A stretch of 64,000 nt of DNA, from contig OZ037833.1 in the NCBI GenBank assembly GCA_964035575.1, positions 2,170,001-2,234,000 on the forward strand. Direction: 5' to 3'. Source of the stretch: Rhynchopus sp. YZ270_cl-10. Lineage: Eukaryota. Position 1 is the first letter of the stretch. Each line of letters opens with the position of its first letter. Shown here piece after piece: positions 9,966 to 22,289 of the stretch. A model generated the notes under the pieces. The model saw only the letters and a list, made by a program, of their open reading frames with translations, ran no database searches and was not told the origin of the DNA. A program made the translations under genes and the position numbers.

Positions 9966-12436
9966 CTACCGAGCTTGAGCTTGCCCTGTTGTTGCGTTTT
10001 GGAGACGACGAAGGGTGCGTTCTTCACCGAGGAGTGTCATGTCTAGGGGTCGTTCGTTTGCGTGGAGGGAGGCATCGAGGGCGAGGAGTTCCTTCATGAA
10101 GGTGGCATTTGGGTGGACGTTGGGGCGGATGGAGACGAGCTTGGCCATGGCATCGTCTAGACGCATGCCTTCGTGGCTGACGAGGTACGACAGCACCATG
10201 GTTGCAGAACGACTCAACCCAGCGAAGCAATGCACCAGCACATTGCCCCTCCCCTTCGACGACTCAACAAAATGCCGAAACGCATCAAAATGCGGCAACA
10301 ACGACTCCCCCTCCACATCCTCCACCCCAAGCTCCAGGCGCACCACACCCGCAGTGTTGATCTGCATATTCCGTCCACACGTAACAACATACTTAATGCT
10401 TTCCTGCTCATAAATAGTTGTAGTCTGCGCACTCCGTAAACTCCCAATGTACATATAGTCCAAAACCTTGTCCGGCCAGATTTTGTTCCACACAAAAATA
10501 TCAGACTTCACCTGCGCCTTATAGTCTTCGGTGTATTGCTCCATTAGGCACGGAATATTGTCGAGGGCAACCTGAAGAAAAGAAAATGAAGTTATTAATG
10601 CAGGTACCTCCCGCCCACGATGCCAGCTGGATGAAAGCACAAAAGAAAAGAGTACAAAGTGCAAAACGCTGTGCAGGAGGACGCAGGCCAGCGTTCTCCG
10701 GGCAGTTGGAAGAAAATATAAGACAATTTAAAATAAGGTCATATTTGACAGAGGTCAGAAGCAGTAAAGAAGGCTCCAGAGGTTTACCGTTCAAGACCGT
10801 GAAAAAGAGAAAAAGGTGTTTGCCTCTCTTCAGCCAGCTTAACAACATACTTGGGTAAGGAGCTTTGCAGCAGCAATTTTCGCAGGGTCGGGCATTGTGG
10901 ACATGCGGTGGTTTTCTGCTAGGTACACTTCCTCGATGTTCTGTAATGAGGTGAAACATACGCGACGGGGGGTTAGGAAGGAGTTTTAAGCACAATCACT
11001 TCACAGTACTGAAAACACAACACAACTTGATAACAATACAAAAAAACAAAAAGACAAACCTGCAACGCCAAAAGGTGGTCAGGAAACTCTCTAACATCAT
11101 TGAAGTCTAGGTTAAACATGCGAAGGTTCCGCAACTCTGAGAGACTTGCTGGCACATCCTTTATGTTGTTGTGGCTCAAATCCACTTCTGTGAGGTTAAC
11201 GAGGAGACCAAAATCCTCGGGCAGCAGCTCGATCTCGTTGTACGCCAGGGAAAGCGTTCTGAGGAGGGTAAAGTCTGTGATAAACTGCGGGATCTCCCTG
11301 AGGGTGTTGTGCGTGGCCATGAGCACGCTGAGACTCTCGCTGAGTGGGTGCATGGCGTCTGGGAGCTCTGTCAACTCGCAGTGGTCGACCTCGAGGTAGT
11401 CCTGCTGCATGGACACTGCCTCCTCTATGAGTTGCATGGCGCTGTTCTCCATGAGCTCGCACCGTCCGGGCATGGTGCGCCGCACCTTCTCGCGGATGGT
11501 GCTGGCGGTGGTCGAGCTGCTGCTGCTCAGCTCATCCTCATACTGCGAGCAGATCGTCTGATCCAACAACGCCTCCTCGCTCCTCACATTCGAAATAATC
11601 GCTGTCGGAAGCGCATACGACTGCTGATACCCACTCGCATGGCTTGACAGACCCGACGGACTTCGATACTGATTCACATCAGACACCCTCGACAAACTCC
11701 GTTCCTTCCTTGCATTATTATTACTCGCTGAACGAGATAACGGCTGCAACTCCGGCTGCGACAACGGTGTCGCAGAGCCCATAGACGAGGACATATCCCC
11801 TGAGTGGATGCGTTTGAACTTCATTGGGTCGTACGACAACGATGCTGACGTCTCGTCCTCTTCGCAGCAGGAGCCCTCTCTGCGGAGCAGCATTCTCTTC
11901 GATGGTGCGTCTGCCTCCTTTCTGCCACGATCCATCCGAGCAAGCGAGCCGCGTGTACTATTGCGTCCGAGGGAGAGGGGCGACCCAGAGGCCTGCCGCA
12001 GCTGTGAGCTGGACCTCTTGGACTGGCCAGGTGGGCAGGAGAGTTGGAATGGGGGCGACGTTGTCTCGACTTCCTGCGGCGTCTTTGCTCGAGGCGACGT
12101 GGATGAGAGGCTTGCAATGGAGTCGGCACTGCGGGAGCGTGCCTTGTCCTGTTCCATTTCAACGCTTTTCACCGCAATGTCAACATGGTTTGACACCACG
12201 CTAGTGGGGCTGTCGTTCACATGGGTCATGCTATTCATGCTGTACTTCTGCACAATGGTCGTGCTAGGTTCGTCTAAAGTGTCAGATGCAGGTGGCGACG
12301 GTTGTTCCAGGGCAGGCTTCGCGCTCTCGCGGTAGTGTTTTCCCTTGCTCCGTGTCTTCTTGGTTTGCTTCTTGGTGCTCTGGTTGTCCTGGCACGCAGT
12401 GTCCTCTGTGCGAGAAGAGCTGGCACCACACCCCAT
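9966..12436 (-). CDS. LRR-domain dual-specificity phosphatase (LRR-DSP) with N-terminal MGCxxS acylation motif, three exons, about 690 aa
   Basis: Exon 1, 12436..11060 (MGCGASSS..., S-rich linker, LRRs). Intron 11059..10941 (CAG|GTTTGT...TACAG|). Exon 2, 10940..10851 (NIEEVYLAENHRMSTMPDP..., continuing the LRR pattern). Intron 10850..10572 (CAA|GTATGT...TTCAG|). Exon 3, 10571..9966, with the DSP signature VHCFAGLSRSAT. All junctions are in frame. Confidence 0.85.
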
Positions 12437-14190
12437 CAGCGTCGAGGGCTGGCCCTTCAAGCTAACATTGTTGTGCGTTGGTATCTTGACGTCGGGTCGC
12501 GCCTGTGTAGTGTCTGAGGGTGGATGGTAGGGTGTGGGTTCTGCAAAGAGAAATGAGTCTGAGATGACCCCAAGCCTGATCCTTACTCTCGTGCATATTG
12601 CCCATCGTTGACAAGATGAGGTATGAAAAGAGATGAGTAAGTGCAGTCTGAACATAAGGAAAGGAGGGAGCAGAGGGAAAATGAAAACCATTGTTTGTCG
12701 TGTGATGTTAATACGTTTGGAAGCGAATAATGAGATGAAGAAGCGAGGTGCAGTGGGAGGCAAAAAAAAAGGGGGGGAAAGATAAACGCGCCTCACTGTG
12801 CACGGAATATCTTTTAAAAAAATTAGAAAAAAGATGCATGCGTCACATTGCTGCACACACATTTCTTCTAAAAATACGATATAACTGGAAAATAATTGCT
12901 TTTTTTGGGGGTGTGAAAGTAGTGAGTAAAAAGTAGATGCCATGTGACACGATGCCATCAAGAACATGGGCACGTGCCACCTGCAAAATATTAGTGAAAA
13001 CTGAAAATTGAAAAAGCGTTACCCGGGTGGATACGAAACGTCCCGACCCAGGGCTTCGCACCTTCATTTGACAACCACGTAGGAAGCCATAAAAGCAAGA
13101 CCCGATTGCTACCCAAAAAAACCAAAATCTTCAAGCTGACCTTAAGTCTGGCACTCAATTCTTAGTCACCTATAAATATCCCTCTGGTGGTACAGGGTTG
13201 AGCGTCTATGATACAGAACCTTTGATGCCGCAACGCGCACGACAAGGGTTCAATGATAAGGTTTTTTATAATATAATTACCGTATTCGTACCAAGTATCG
13301 ACCGTAAAACAGATCGAACTTCCAGAAAAATCCTGTAAAGGTCGAACATTAGTACGGTCGATTATTTTGTACGAATACGAAAAAACAAAAAAAACAACTG
13401 TTCGATGCATGAACATATCCGCTCCCTCTATGCATAGATGTACAAAGCACTTGAATGGAATCACCCGAACGTCGAAAACCCCCAGTCCTTGATACTTGAA
13501 GTACTTCACACCCTTTTCCTTACTTGATCACTTTGGGTGATGAAGTACTTGATACCAATAAAAACCCTTGTCCCATCAAGTACTTGAAATAAAGAAAGTA
13601 CTTGACAAGGAGGGGAAAGTGAAAAAAAGTGAACAGTACTTTGTACATCCATGGATGGAGGGGTGGGGAAAATAGTGTAATATTCGTGATAGAGCACGTT
13701 TCTGCACTGAAGGTGTTTAAATACATTACAAATACAGGGGGTCACCAAGCGCCATGGGGCACATCTTCTGGTGTCTACATCGATACAACCAATATTTCAA
13801 AAAAAAAAAAGATGCTTTCCGTTCGCTTGGTGTCTAATTGAATAAGGGGTAGGTTGAAGGCGTGACTGAAAATGTTCACATAAACAAAAACGCCTTGTAA
13901 CTGTGACAAAGTTAAAATACATTGCCAAAAGTGTCGCCAGGTGACATTAATTCTGGGACACACTGTACTTCAGTGCTGTGTGGGACTGGGGTGGTATCTA
14001 CCGTGGTGACGCGTTTCACATTTTTTAGTTGCATTTACTCGGGTATACGTTTTTGTATTACTGGGGAGGGGTTTGAGAGTTGAGAAAAAAGAGTTGTTTC
14101 ATATACATTCTTTTCTGACGAAAAGAAGGTGCTAGAAGGTATAGAGGGTGCTAAAAATGTACCCTTGCTTTTTTAAAAAGAAAGAAAAAT

Positions 14191-14230
14191 TGAAAGTACG
14201 CCTCACCGTACATCGGCGGACGCAGGCACT
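14191..14230 (+). repeat. Dispersed ~40-65-bp repeat (family R2), copies near 9145, 15261, 18527, 23938, 28300, 31100, 32502
   Basis: Consensus like GAAAGTGCAAACGCCTCACCGTACATCGGCGGACGCAGGCAC, sometimes extended by GACACTCCG.GG.TTATCGAACCC. All copies seen are in the same orientation. Confidence 0.75.
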
Positions 14231-14413
14231 GAAAGAAATATAAAAAAAAAAGCAAAAGTGAAATACAACCCCTAAATACAATGTGTGGCCTGGGGGTATT
14301 TAGGTTGAGGCTGCTATTCGACATTGCTTTTGTGAGAACAGGAATCAGAGTTGAGCTATTTGTACAGCGAAACATATTCGATTTTATTTCTAAAAAAAAA
14401 GTTCTTTTTTTTT

Positions 14414-14472
14414 GATAAATTGTTGTAGTGTAGTTGCCTCGGTTGTGTTGCCACTGTTGTGCAATCTCCACT
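14414..14472. repeat. Dispersed ~60-bp repeat (family R3), other copies at 17887-17948 and 22420-22481
   Basis: GATAAATTGTTG(GA)GTAGTG.AGTTGCCTCGGTTGTGTTGCCAC.GTTGTGCAATCTCCACT is near-identical in three places. Each copy is preceded by a T-run, i.e. an A-tail on the minus strand. Confidence 0.9.
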
Positions 14473-17400
14473 TTTTTTTCCCCCGGTCTATCCGGGAGAG
14501 TCGACATCACGAAGCTTTTCACAAAGTAAAAAAAAAAAAAAAAAAAAACTATTTTTTGAAGTACAATGAAACGCGTCTGGTGCCGGCTACTGAGCGTTTT
14601 ATTGATACGTCAAAAACATTCATAGATCCTCTTTTCACCTGAACAGACGCCACCGAAAAAGAAAACTTGAAAGATAAATGCCTCTCGTGCCACACATATT
14701 TTACTACTATCGTTATCCGTAAAAGGCAGAAATGTTCAGATCATTCTGTCCATTGATGTCCACTTCTGATGAACGGAACGAAACAATATTCATTCAAGAT
14801 AAAGAGTGGGAGGGAGTGCTATAATCTGTAAAAAAAAGGTTGAATAAAAAACGAGGAAATGCTGCCATTTCTTAGGTTTCTTGTCATATTTCATGAAAGA
14901 ACAAAAAAAAAAAATTCCCCCATCCCGCCCCCCCTTAGGGAGTGCAGCCTAGCGTAGATTGTTTAATAATGCGCTGTAATGCTCGTGTTTTTTTTTTTTT
15001 CAATAAAAAATCAAAAAAAACGGCTTCGCTGCACCCCCGATCCCCCCCACCCACTGGGTTGAGACAAAAATAAAATACTTCATTTGAGGGGGAAATGTTG
15101 TCATGTCTTATTTCTATCATATTTTGTTGAGAACTTTGCGTGCTCTCCTTTGAAGGGAGGAATCCAGCAGTAGCAGTCAATAATAATAATAAACTCCAAG
15201 AACTCGAAAAGATGTGCCTCTCGTGCACACACACACCACACACATCGTTAGAAAGTGAAGTTGATAGTGCAAACTCCTCTGGACGCAGGCACCGTGACAC
15301 TCCGCGGATTATCGAACCCCCCGGAGTGCACTTCGGGTTACTTGAACAACAATAACAGTTTTTTTTTTTTTAAAGGGTTCAGACCATATGCATTATGCCA
15401 GCCTGGATGAAAGCATAGCAAAACATAAAAGACCGCTAGTGGCGAAAAGGTTGATGACACAACAGTTCCCTCCCGCACAGCTACAAAAACCTTCCAGATC
15501 CTGCAGGAGGGGGGATAGGTCACATGGTGTCTCATCGACCATACTCTTGGGGCTGAAAAATGAAAGAAAAAATTGGCATGAATCGTTTGCTTACTTTAAA
15601 AAAAAAATTTTTTTGGATGATTTGAGGCACTTTACTCAAACCTTTATTTTTTTTTTGGTTGAGTTATGGGCAGGAGCATGTCCTGCCACTGCTTTTTTGG
15701 AAAGGAGGTTTTATGAAAATTTTGAAACATGCTTACTTAAACCCCAAACCCCATCAACCAAGGGTACATTCCCCTGGGGCAAACGAGAGGGGGTGTGCCC
15801 GGTGGCCACAGTCAACACCACTTATTCTAGTGTTCCCTGTAGCAATGGGTTGGGCCCTACCCCCTTTTGGTCCTTCCTTCATTAATACGTGACGAATGAA
15901 AGAGGACAGATCAGAAACTGATGGTGTGACAGGGTTTACAGTGGGGGGGACACTATTGATAGGGTGAGGGGGTGGGTTGGAATAATGTTGAACGGAATAA
16001 ATATTTTGAGTAGGAGACGAGCAGTGGTCAAAACACACCACTGCAGGCCAGCGTATATTCCAAGAGGGCAACAAATGCTGAAGGGGGCGGGGATGGGGGG
16101 GAGGTAATATGGGGGTCACCATCCAGGAGGTCCTGGGTTAGTCTAAATAGGCCAAGAGCCGCCAACACTCCCTCGGCAGAGCGAATAAAGAGAAAAGGTT
16201 GGTAATGAATCTAAGCCCTTCGGTATTTTGGTCGCCAGTGTTGACAATGTGCAGATGGGTGCGCGTGTACCTACCTTAGCCACCTGAACAAAGATTAGAG
16301 GGTGTGCAAGACGCCTCCGGAAGGAGAAATAAAGACATATAGTTCGTCCCCTTTTCCGGAAGCTTGAAGAAAAATAGAAAAAAAATGTACAGACGCACAT
16401 CTTTCACATCCAGTATCAAAAAAATCTTGAAAAAAAAGAAGAAAAACATATACTCATGAAGGATCACTCTCTGGAGTGACCTTCAGCGACCACTCAGAGG
16501 AAGGCTGAGAACCTGCCAGCAGAGTTTAGTCAACATGGTTAAAGCTCTAGGGTTACATGGGGAAAAGAAAGTGTTTTTGTAAGATGGATCTACGCCTCAC
16601 AGTGCTCAGTGTTTGCCGATACGCAAAGAAAACCTCATCTGAATGCCGCATGCATGCATCGTAACAAAAAAAAAAGCGTCGCTCCACCAACAAACCCGTC
16701 CCGCCCCCTCAATGGGTGTAGCAACCCTTTTTCAACACATCTCTAGTATTGATGGAGGAGGGGGTTCTTTATAGATTCTGTTGGGCAGTTAACAACTTTT
16801 TGGGCAGTTATTTTTTTTGTAAAATCTAAAAAGAAAAGTTGTGAAAACGCTCCACCATACACCGACGAACACAGGCACTGATACAGAAAAGAGTTGAAAA
16901 CGTACCAAAAACGCAGCTCGGGTTGTGTTCATGCAAGAAAAAACTCCAAAAGATGTGTTCTCACTGTGCACACACCTCTGAAAAAAAGGGAGATGGCGTT
17001 TTTCAGGAGAGAAAGAGAAAGAAAGAATGCAATCCAACCCACTACTTGGCATACAACAGAGTTGCGATACCAGCAACAGCGACGCGAACTGGAGCAAGGT
17101 TTACGAAAGAAAGGCTAGTCAGTGTAGCAAGTGTAAAAGAGACAGAAACAGAAAGAGTGAAAAAGAGTACTAGATAAGATGAGGCCTGAGCCTCTTAGGC
17201 TGAGCCACCTTAAAAAAGGGAAACTGAGTTAACATAGACACCTCTTGGGATAACAGGTACGTGATGTGGCTTTCAACAAAAAATATGGAAAGATGAATGT
17301 GCTTCGTGCACATAACAAGGAGTAGAGATTGGGGAAGGGAAGGGAAGGGAAGGGTGAAAAAGGCTGAACAGCCGTGGTGCTGCAGCTTTTGCAGCAAAGA

Positions 17401-18342
17401 AAAACAGAAGCTAAAAAAAAAAAGGTAGGTGACATTTTCCCCACCCATGTAGTCAGAGTCGCCCAGAGTCGAGGCTCTGCCACACCTTGGGGGGGAGGTG
17501 TGCGGGCTGCCCAGTCGCAGTGTGGAACCCCGCTATGTAGCACACCAAGCAAGAGGAAGTAGGTGCGGCTACCAAAAACCACCGTGTAATCAGCGTCTAC
17601 CTCGGTAGGTTACAGTGGGGAGAAAAAATATCAAAAAAAGAGGGTGATATTTTTAGGTTAATTTCCTCTCACAAAATAATGAGGAACCTAAAGAAAAAAG
17701 TTGGGAAGATGATAGCCTATCATCAGTCACCTTAAAAAGCTGTGCGAGGTCCCTTAAACCTTACTCACAGGCCTGCCAGCAGGGGTCTCTAGCCAGACAA
17801 ATGCTAAATTAGGGCAATTCGAACAACCATGCCGATATGGATAAAATATGTTGGACCTTTTGTACTAATGTTGAATTTTTTTTCCCGATAAATTGTTGGA
17901 GTAGTGTAGTTGCCTCGGTTGTGTTGCCACAGTTGTGCAATCTCCACTTTTTGCTATATTTTGGTGTTTCCAACACGAATCATCAGACCGTCCAAATATC
18001 CAAACCATATTGGTACGACGCAAGAATTGTTGAGAAGGAAGGGGTGAAAAATATTGTGAACTTTGAAAGATGAAAAAGTACCTCACTGTGTACGTGCATC
18101 CAAATATATACAAAAAATGGGGGGGGGGGGGGGTAAAAAAAAGGGGATGCTGAGTATTGTTTTTCGTTCGCAGTGTGAAAAATATTGTTTTTTTTTTTTT
18201 GTAAGACTAAACATAGTTTCTGTCTCTCAAAAAAGGGGGTGAGATGGTGTACCAGAAAACAACAAAAAAAGAATTTTCGTTTGAAGAAGAATAAGTGGCC
18301 GGAAATACCACTTGAGCCAAAACACAAGACATAAAAAAAAAT

Positions 18343-18392
18343 AAAGTTTTTATAAGATGAACCTAAGCCTCCACGCGAGAGTAAGTCACCCT
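18343..18392 (+). repeat. Dispersed ~45-50-bp repeat (family R1), copies near 255, 2305, 5700-5810, 13130, 18820, 23990, 49800
   Basis: Consensus like AAAGTT.ATAAGATGAACCTAAGCCTCTCGTGTACTTAGTCACCTT, seen as whole or partial diverged copies in the same orientation. Confidence 0.7.
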
Positions 18393-19379
18393 AAGAAACA
18401 CATAAACAACCAATCAGAGCAGTTACAATGAAAAGCAGAAAACGTACAAGCGGACTTCGTACCAGATGGTACATTATCACTGTACAGTTCTCGGCTAACG
18501 AAGCGATGAAGTAATAAAGTGACGCTGATAGTGCAAACGTCTCACCGTACATCAGCGGACACAGACACGGGTTCTCTGCGGGTTTTTTTTCGAACCCGAG
18601 AGAGAGTCATACACACAATTTCCGCGGCCGAACCAATGCCTTTGAAAATTTGCATTCCTTTATTAAAAATCGAAAGAGAGAGAGAGAAAACTGCCAAAAT
18701 TGCTTGAGAAAAAAAATCGCAAGAAGAGAATAAGAATCGGGAGCTCTGTTCAATGTAGCGAAGAGAACCAGGGGAAGAAAGAAAATAAGAAACAAAAACA
18801 AAAACAAAAAACAAAGAGAAAAGTTTATAAGATGATCCTAAGCCTCAATGTTTTGATAAGATAATCAACAATTTCGCAATGGAAGAGAACCGTTTGGTGA
18901 GTATAGTCACCTAACCATAATAATTGTGACAGGCTTGCAGAGATACATGTCACCGCAAAAGTCACAATTCAGCAAATAATAAAAACAGTGCGTTCCGACG
19001 ATACGGAGAAAATGTACAACACCTTGTTGGACATCAACAACCACAACCCGTCGCCCCCTGAAGCTTTTTCTATTCCGATATATGCTTCGGGTGTTCACTG
19101 AACACACTTTTTGTGGTAGTTAAACGCAATTGAACATTTACATTCCGAGAGATAAAATAACAAGACAAGCAAACCTTACGGTCTGATGCAATTTTTTTTT
19201 TTTTTTGCGGTGGGTGTGACCGAGTTGGGCGGAAATGGGTTGGGTGCAAAATGGTACCAGAAAAATGCAAGTACAATTTTGAAAAATCAAGGCGTTGAAA
19301 GTGCATACTCCTCTACTAAGGCAGTCGCAAACAAACAAAACCAAAAAGAGAATATGTGTGGAAAGGGCCCTCACACGAA

Positions 19380-20178
19380 CATGGCTCTCGCCGGGGGGTG
19401 ATCGGGTTTTAAATCACCCAAAAAAAAAAAATATTAAAAAAAAGAGGGGTGATCCGGGCAGAGCCCGCGGACCTCCCCCGAAAATTAATTATGCACCCCC
19501 TTCCAACCCCCGTCCCGCCCAAAAAACAAAAAAAAAAAAAACCTCTCCCGAGCTTTCTCCGCTGACAAGCTAGTCACAGGAAGAAGAAGATCAAAACTCG
19601 GTCGAGCCCGGGCGCGCTTCGCGCGCCCGGGTCCCCACCCCAGCTCAAGTTGGGGGCCTCCGGCGGAATGTGAGAATTGCTCGGTTATCCGACGGCGGAG
19701 TTCGGCACTTTATTGATATTTGCACCAGGCACACATGGTGCACGAATTATCAGTAACCTCAGTTTTTTTTACAAAAGAAACGGCGGTATGTCACCCAAAG
19801 GTTCCAAGCGAAGCCACGGTACGCAACATTTCAAAAAAAATGCGCTTAAAATTGTACATTTTTACAGGCAAACAATGTCACGGGAATGGTGTGATGCAGG
19901 CTTGCGCCGCAGGCGCGCGGTACTCTACTTTTTTCCTTTCGCCGTGCTGCGTGCTTCCTTTTCCTTCGACGTTTGACCAATTGAGTCCGGCTCGATGGTA
20001 TCTCAAAAAATTCCCCATAATATGGGCCCCTCCTCCCCCCCCAAAAAAAATCCAAAACCCCCGTCCCTGGACGGGGGTTTGGGACGGGGGTCGGTTTTTG
20101 GAAAATAATTGACCCCCGTCCGGGACGGGGTGAACGGGGGTGTTCCGCGGACTCTGGATCCGGGTTTCGGATCACCCC

Positions 20179-20220
<42 letters not shown>

Positions 20221-20911
20221 TGAAACAATAAAGAAAAGAGAAAAAAAAACCACGAACAAAAAGCAAGCCCAGGACGTACCTGCGGCACCACGACCAGCGC
20301 AACTGACGGTTGCGAAGACAAAACATGTGCGGAACGCCGTCTTCTACGAAGACGTGTGTTACACTTTCAAACATACTTTTTACTTTTCAAAAAAAAACAA
20401 TAAAAAAACAAAAAAAAAATCAAAAAAAAAAAAAACAAAAAAAAACAAATCATTGCTTTTCCTTTTAATTTATAAAGTGCCCAGGCCCCGGGGGGCTTGG
20501 GTGCACTTTATAAATTTTTTTTTTATCATATTTTCTTTTTCCTTTTGACTCCGTGGTTAACCTCGTGTGAGGTTGCGCGGAGTTCGCAGTCAGGCCAGGG
20601 AGCCACGTAACAAGGCTCGACTGCCACATAGTGGGGGGAGATCTGTGCAGCCTGTATGTTCCCCCCGATTTTCGTGGTAAATGGGGAGGCGCTTCCGTTT
20701 AACGGCAACCCACAAGAGTAGAACAACAACCAAACTTTTGAGAAACAGACGCCAATGAGACCTAGAGTCTCTCTTCTTACTTGTGTGCTACAGACAAACA
20801 TGACAACGCTAACCACGACTGCCACGGCAGAGCGGGGTCCCAAACGGTTCACTGGGGGGGATCCACATAGATACAGAAAACAAAAAATACGAAAGCAAGG
20901 AAGAAAACCAG

Positions 20912-20945
<34 letters not shown>

Positions 20946-21404
20946 GGTTGAACCACGGGAGTACCATGGGGAACTGGGTTGCTGACCGCATCATCCAGAC
21001 TGTACCTCAATTTTTTTTTGCCTGCGGCGCCATTTTTCCTTTTTTGCTCCGCAAAAAAGGTTTCGTTGAGTGAGTATGTGATGTAAAAGCTAGCTTTTTA
21101 CACCGTACCTTAATTTTTTTTTCGCCTGCGGCGCCATTTTGTATTATTTTTTTTTGCTCCGCAAAAAAAGAGCACATACATACAGTTCCCTATGTTCCCA
21201 ATGTCCCTGGTCAGCAGTGCTGAAAAATTTTTTGGGCATAAAAACAAGCTGACCCCAAACGAGGGGAGAAAGCGCCTCGCCTCCCTGCACTGGCAGGGAG
21301 TCGCGCGCGCGAAGCGCGCGCGCGACCGCTTTTACGGGGGGAAAGCTCGGGGACCCCAAATCACCCCCCATTTTGGCCAAAAGGGGTGATTGGCGAGAGC
21401 CCTG
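19380..21404. mobile_element. Non-autonomous hAT-like DNA transposon (about 2.0 kb) carrying a nested element
   Basis: TIRs CATGGCTCTCGCC (19380-19392) and GGCGAGAGCCCTG (21392-21404), one mismatch. Exact 8-bp TSD CACACGAA at 19372-19379 and 21405-21412. GGGGTGAT/ATCACCC subterminal motifs at both ends. Confidence 0.85.
19444..20180. mobile_element. Mutator-like (MULE) non-autonomous element / MITE (737 bp), nested
   Basis: TIRs GAGGGGTGATCCG (19444-19456) and CGGATCACCCCTC (20168-20180), extended by imperfect CAGAG.CCGCGGA..CCCCCG matches. 9-bp TSD TAAAAAAAA at 19435-19443 and 20181-20189. The TSD is low complexity, so the superfamily call is tentative. Confidence 0.7.
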
Positions 21405-21598
21405 CACACGAATAAAAAAAAAAAAAAAAAAAAAAAATCGAAAGGTGAATGTCTCGCGGGTACACACATCAAAAAAAAAAAAAAAAATTGATGAGAATTG
21501 GGCCTAGGAAGAAGAGGGGAAGAGAGGAAGTAGAAGTGGGTACTTTTTTTTGTTACACAGACACCATATAAAAGAACACGACGCCTGTCAGTGACAAC

Positions 21599-22289
21599 CA
21601 GGGGCTCCGCTACCGTATAAAGTTCTGTTGCGGCGCAACAGAAGTCTGAAAATTTTCAAAAAAAAAAAAAAAAAAAACCATGGTTGAACCACGAGAGTAC
21701 CATGGGGAACTGGGTTGCTGACCGCACCATCCAGGCTGTACCTCAATTTTTTTTTGCCTGCGGCGCCATTTTTCCTTTTTTGCTCCGCAAAAAAGGATTC
21801 GATGTGTGACTCTGTGCTGTAAAAAGCTAGATTTTTACACTCTTCCCTAAATTTTTTTTCGCCTGCGGCGCCATTTGTTTGATTTTTTTTTTTGCTTCGC
21901 AAAAAAGATCGGGTCTTTTGTTTGTGCGCTCAAAGCCGGGAAAACAAAAAGGTGAAAAAATGTGTTAAACTGAAGTACGGTTGTTGTGGTTAATTGAGTA
22001 CTCAAAGAAAACAAGCAAGCTTCTGTTTTTTTCAATCCGTTTTGTTTGCCCTGCAGCGCTGCCTCCAATCTTTTTAGAATTGACAACAAGTTGTTTTATC
22101 AAAAAAAAAAAATACAGTTCCCTATGTTCCCAATGTCCCTGGTCAGCAGTGCTGAAAAATTTTTGGGCACAAAAACAGCTGACCCCCTATTTGGAAATCT
22201 GAATCCCTGGATAAGACACTGGCGCAGGGTGAAAAAAAAACACCCGCAACAGAACTCAAAAAAAATCTGAAAACGTAGCGGAGGGGCTG
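21599..22289. mobile_element. Non-autonomous hAT-like DNA transposon (691 bp)
   Basis: Imperfect TIRs CAGGGGCTCCGCTAC (21599-21613) and GTAGCGGAGGGGCTG (22275-22289). Exact 8-bp TSD GTGACAAC at 21591-21598 and 22290-22297. Confidence 0.85.

Noticed and set aside
12437..12973. N-terminal extensions in the ORF track (also 5443-5625, 27535-27969, 34824-34994)
   Set aside because: F/L/K-rich translations of T-rich spacer or polypyrimidine tracts. Downstream ATGs give more plausible starts.
15504..15869. Possible TIR pair CAGGAGGGGGATAGG / CCTACCCCCTTTTG
   Set aside because: Weak match and no target-site duplication in the flanks.
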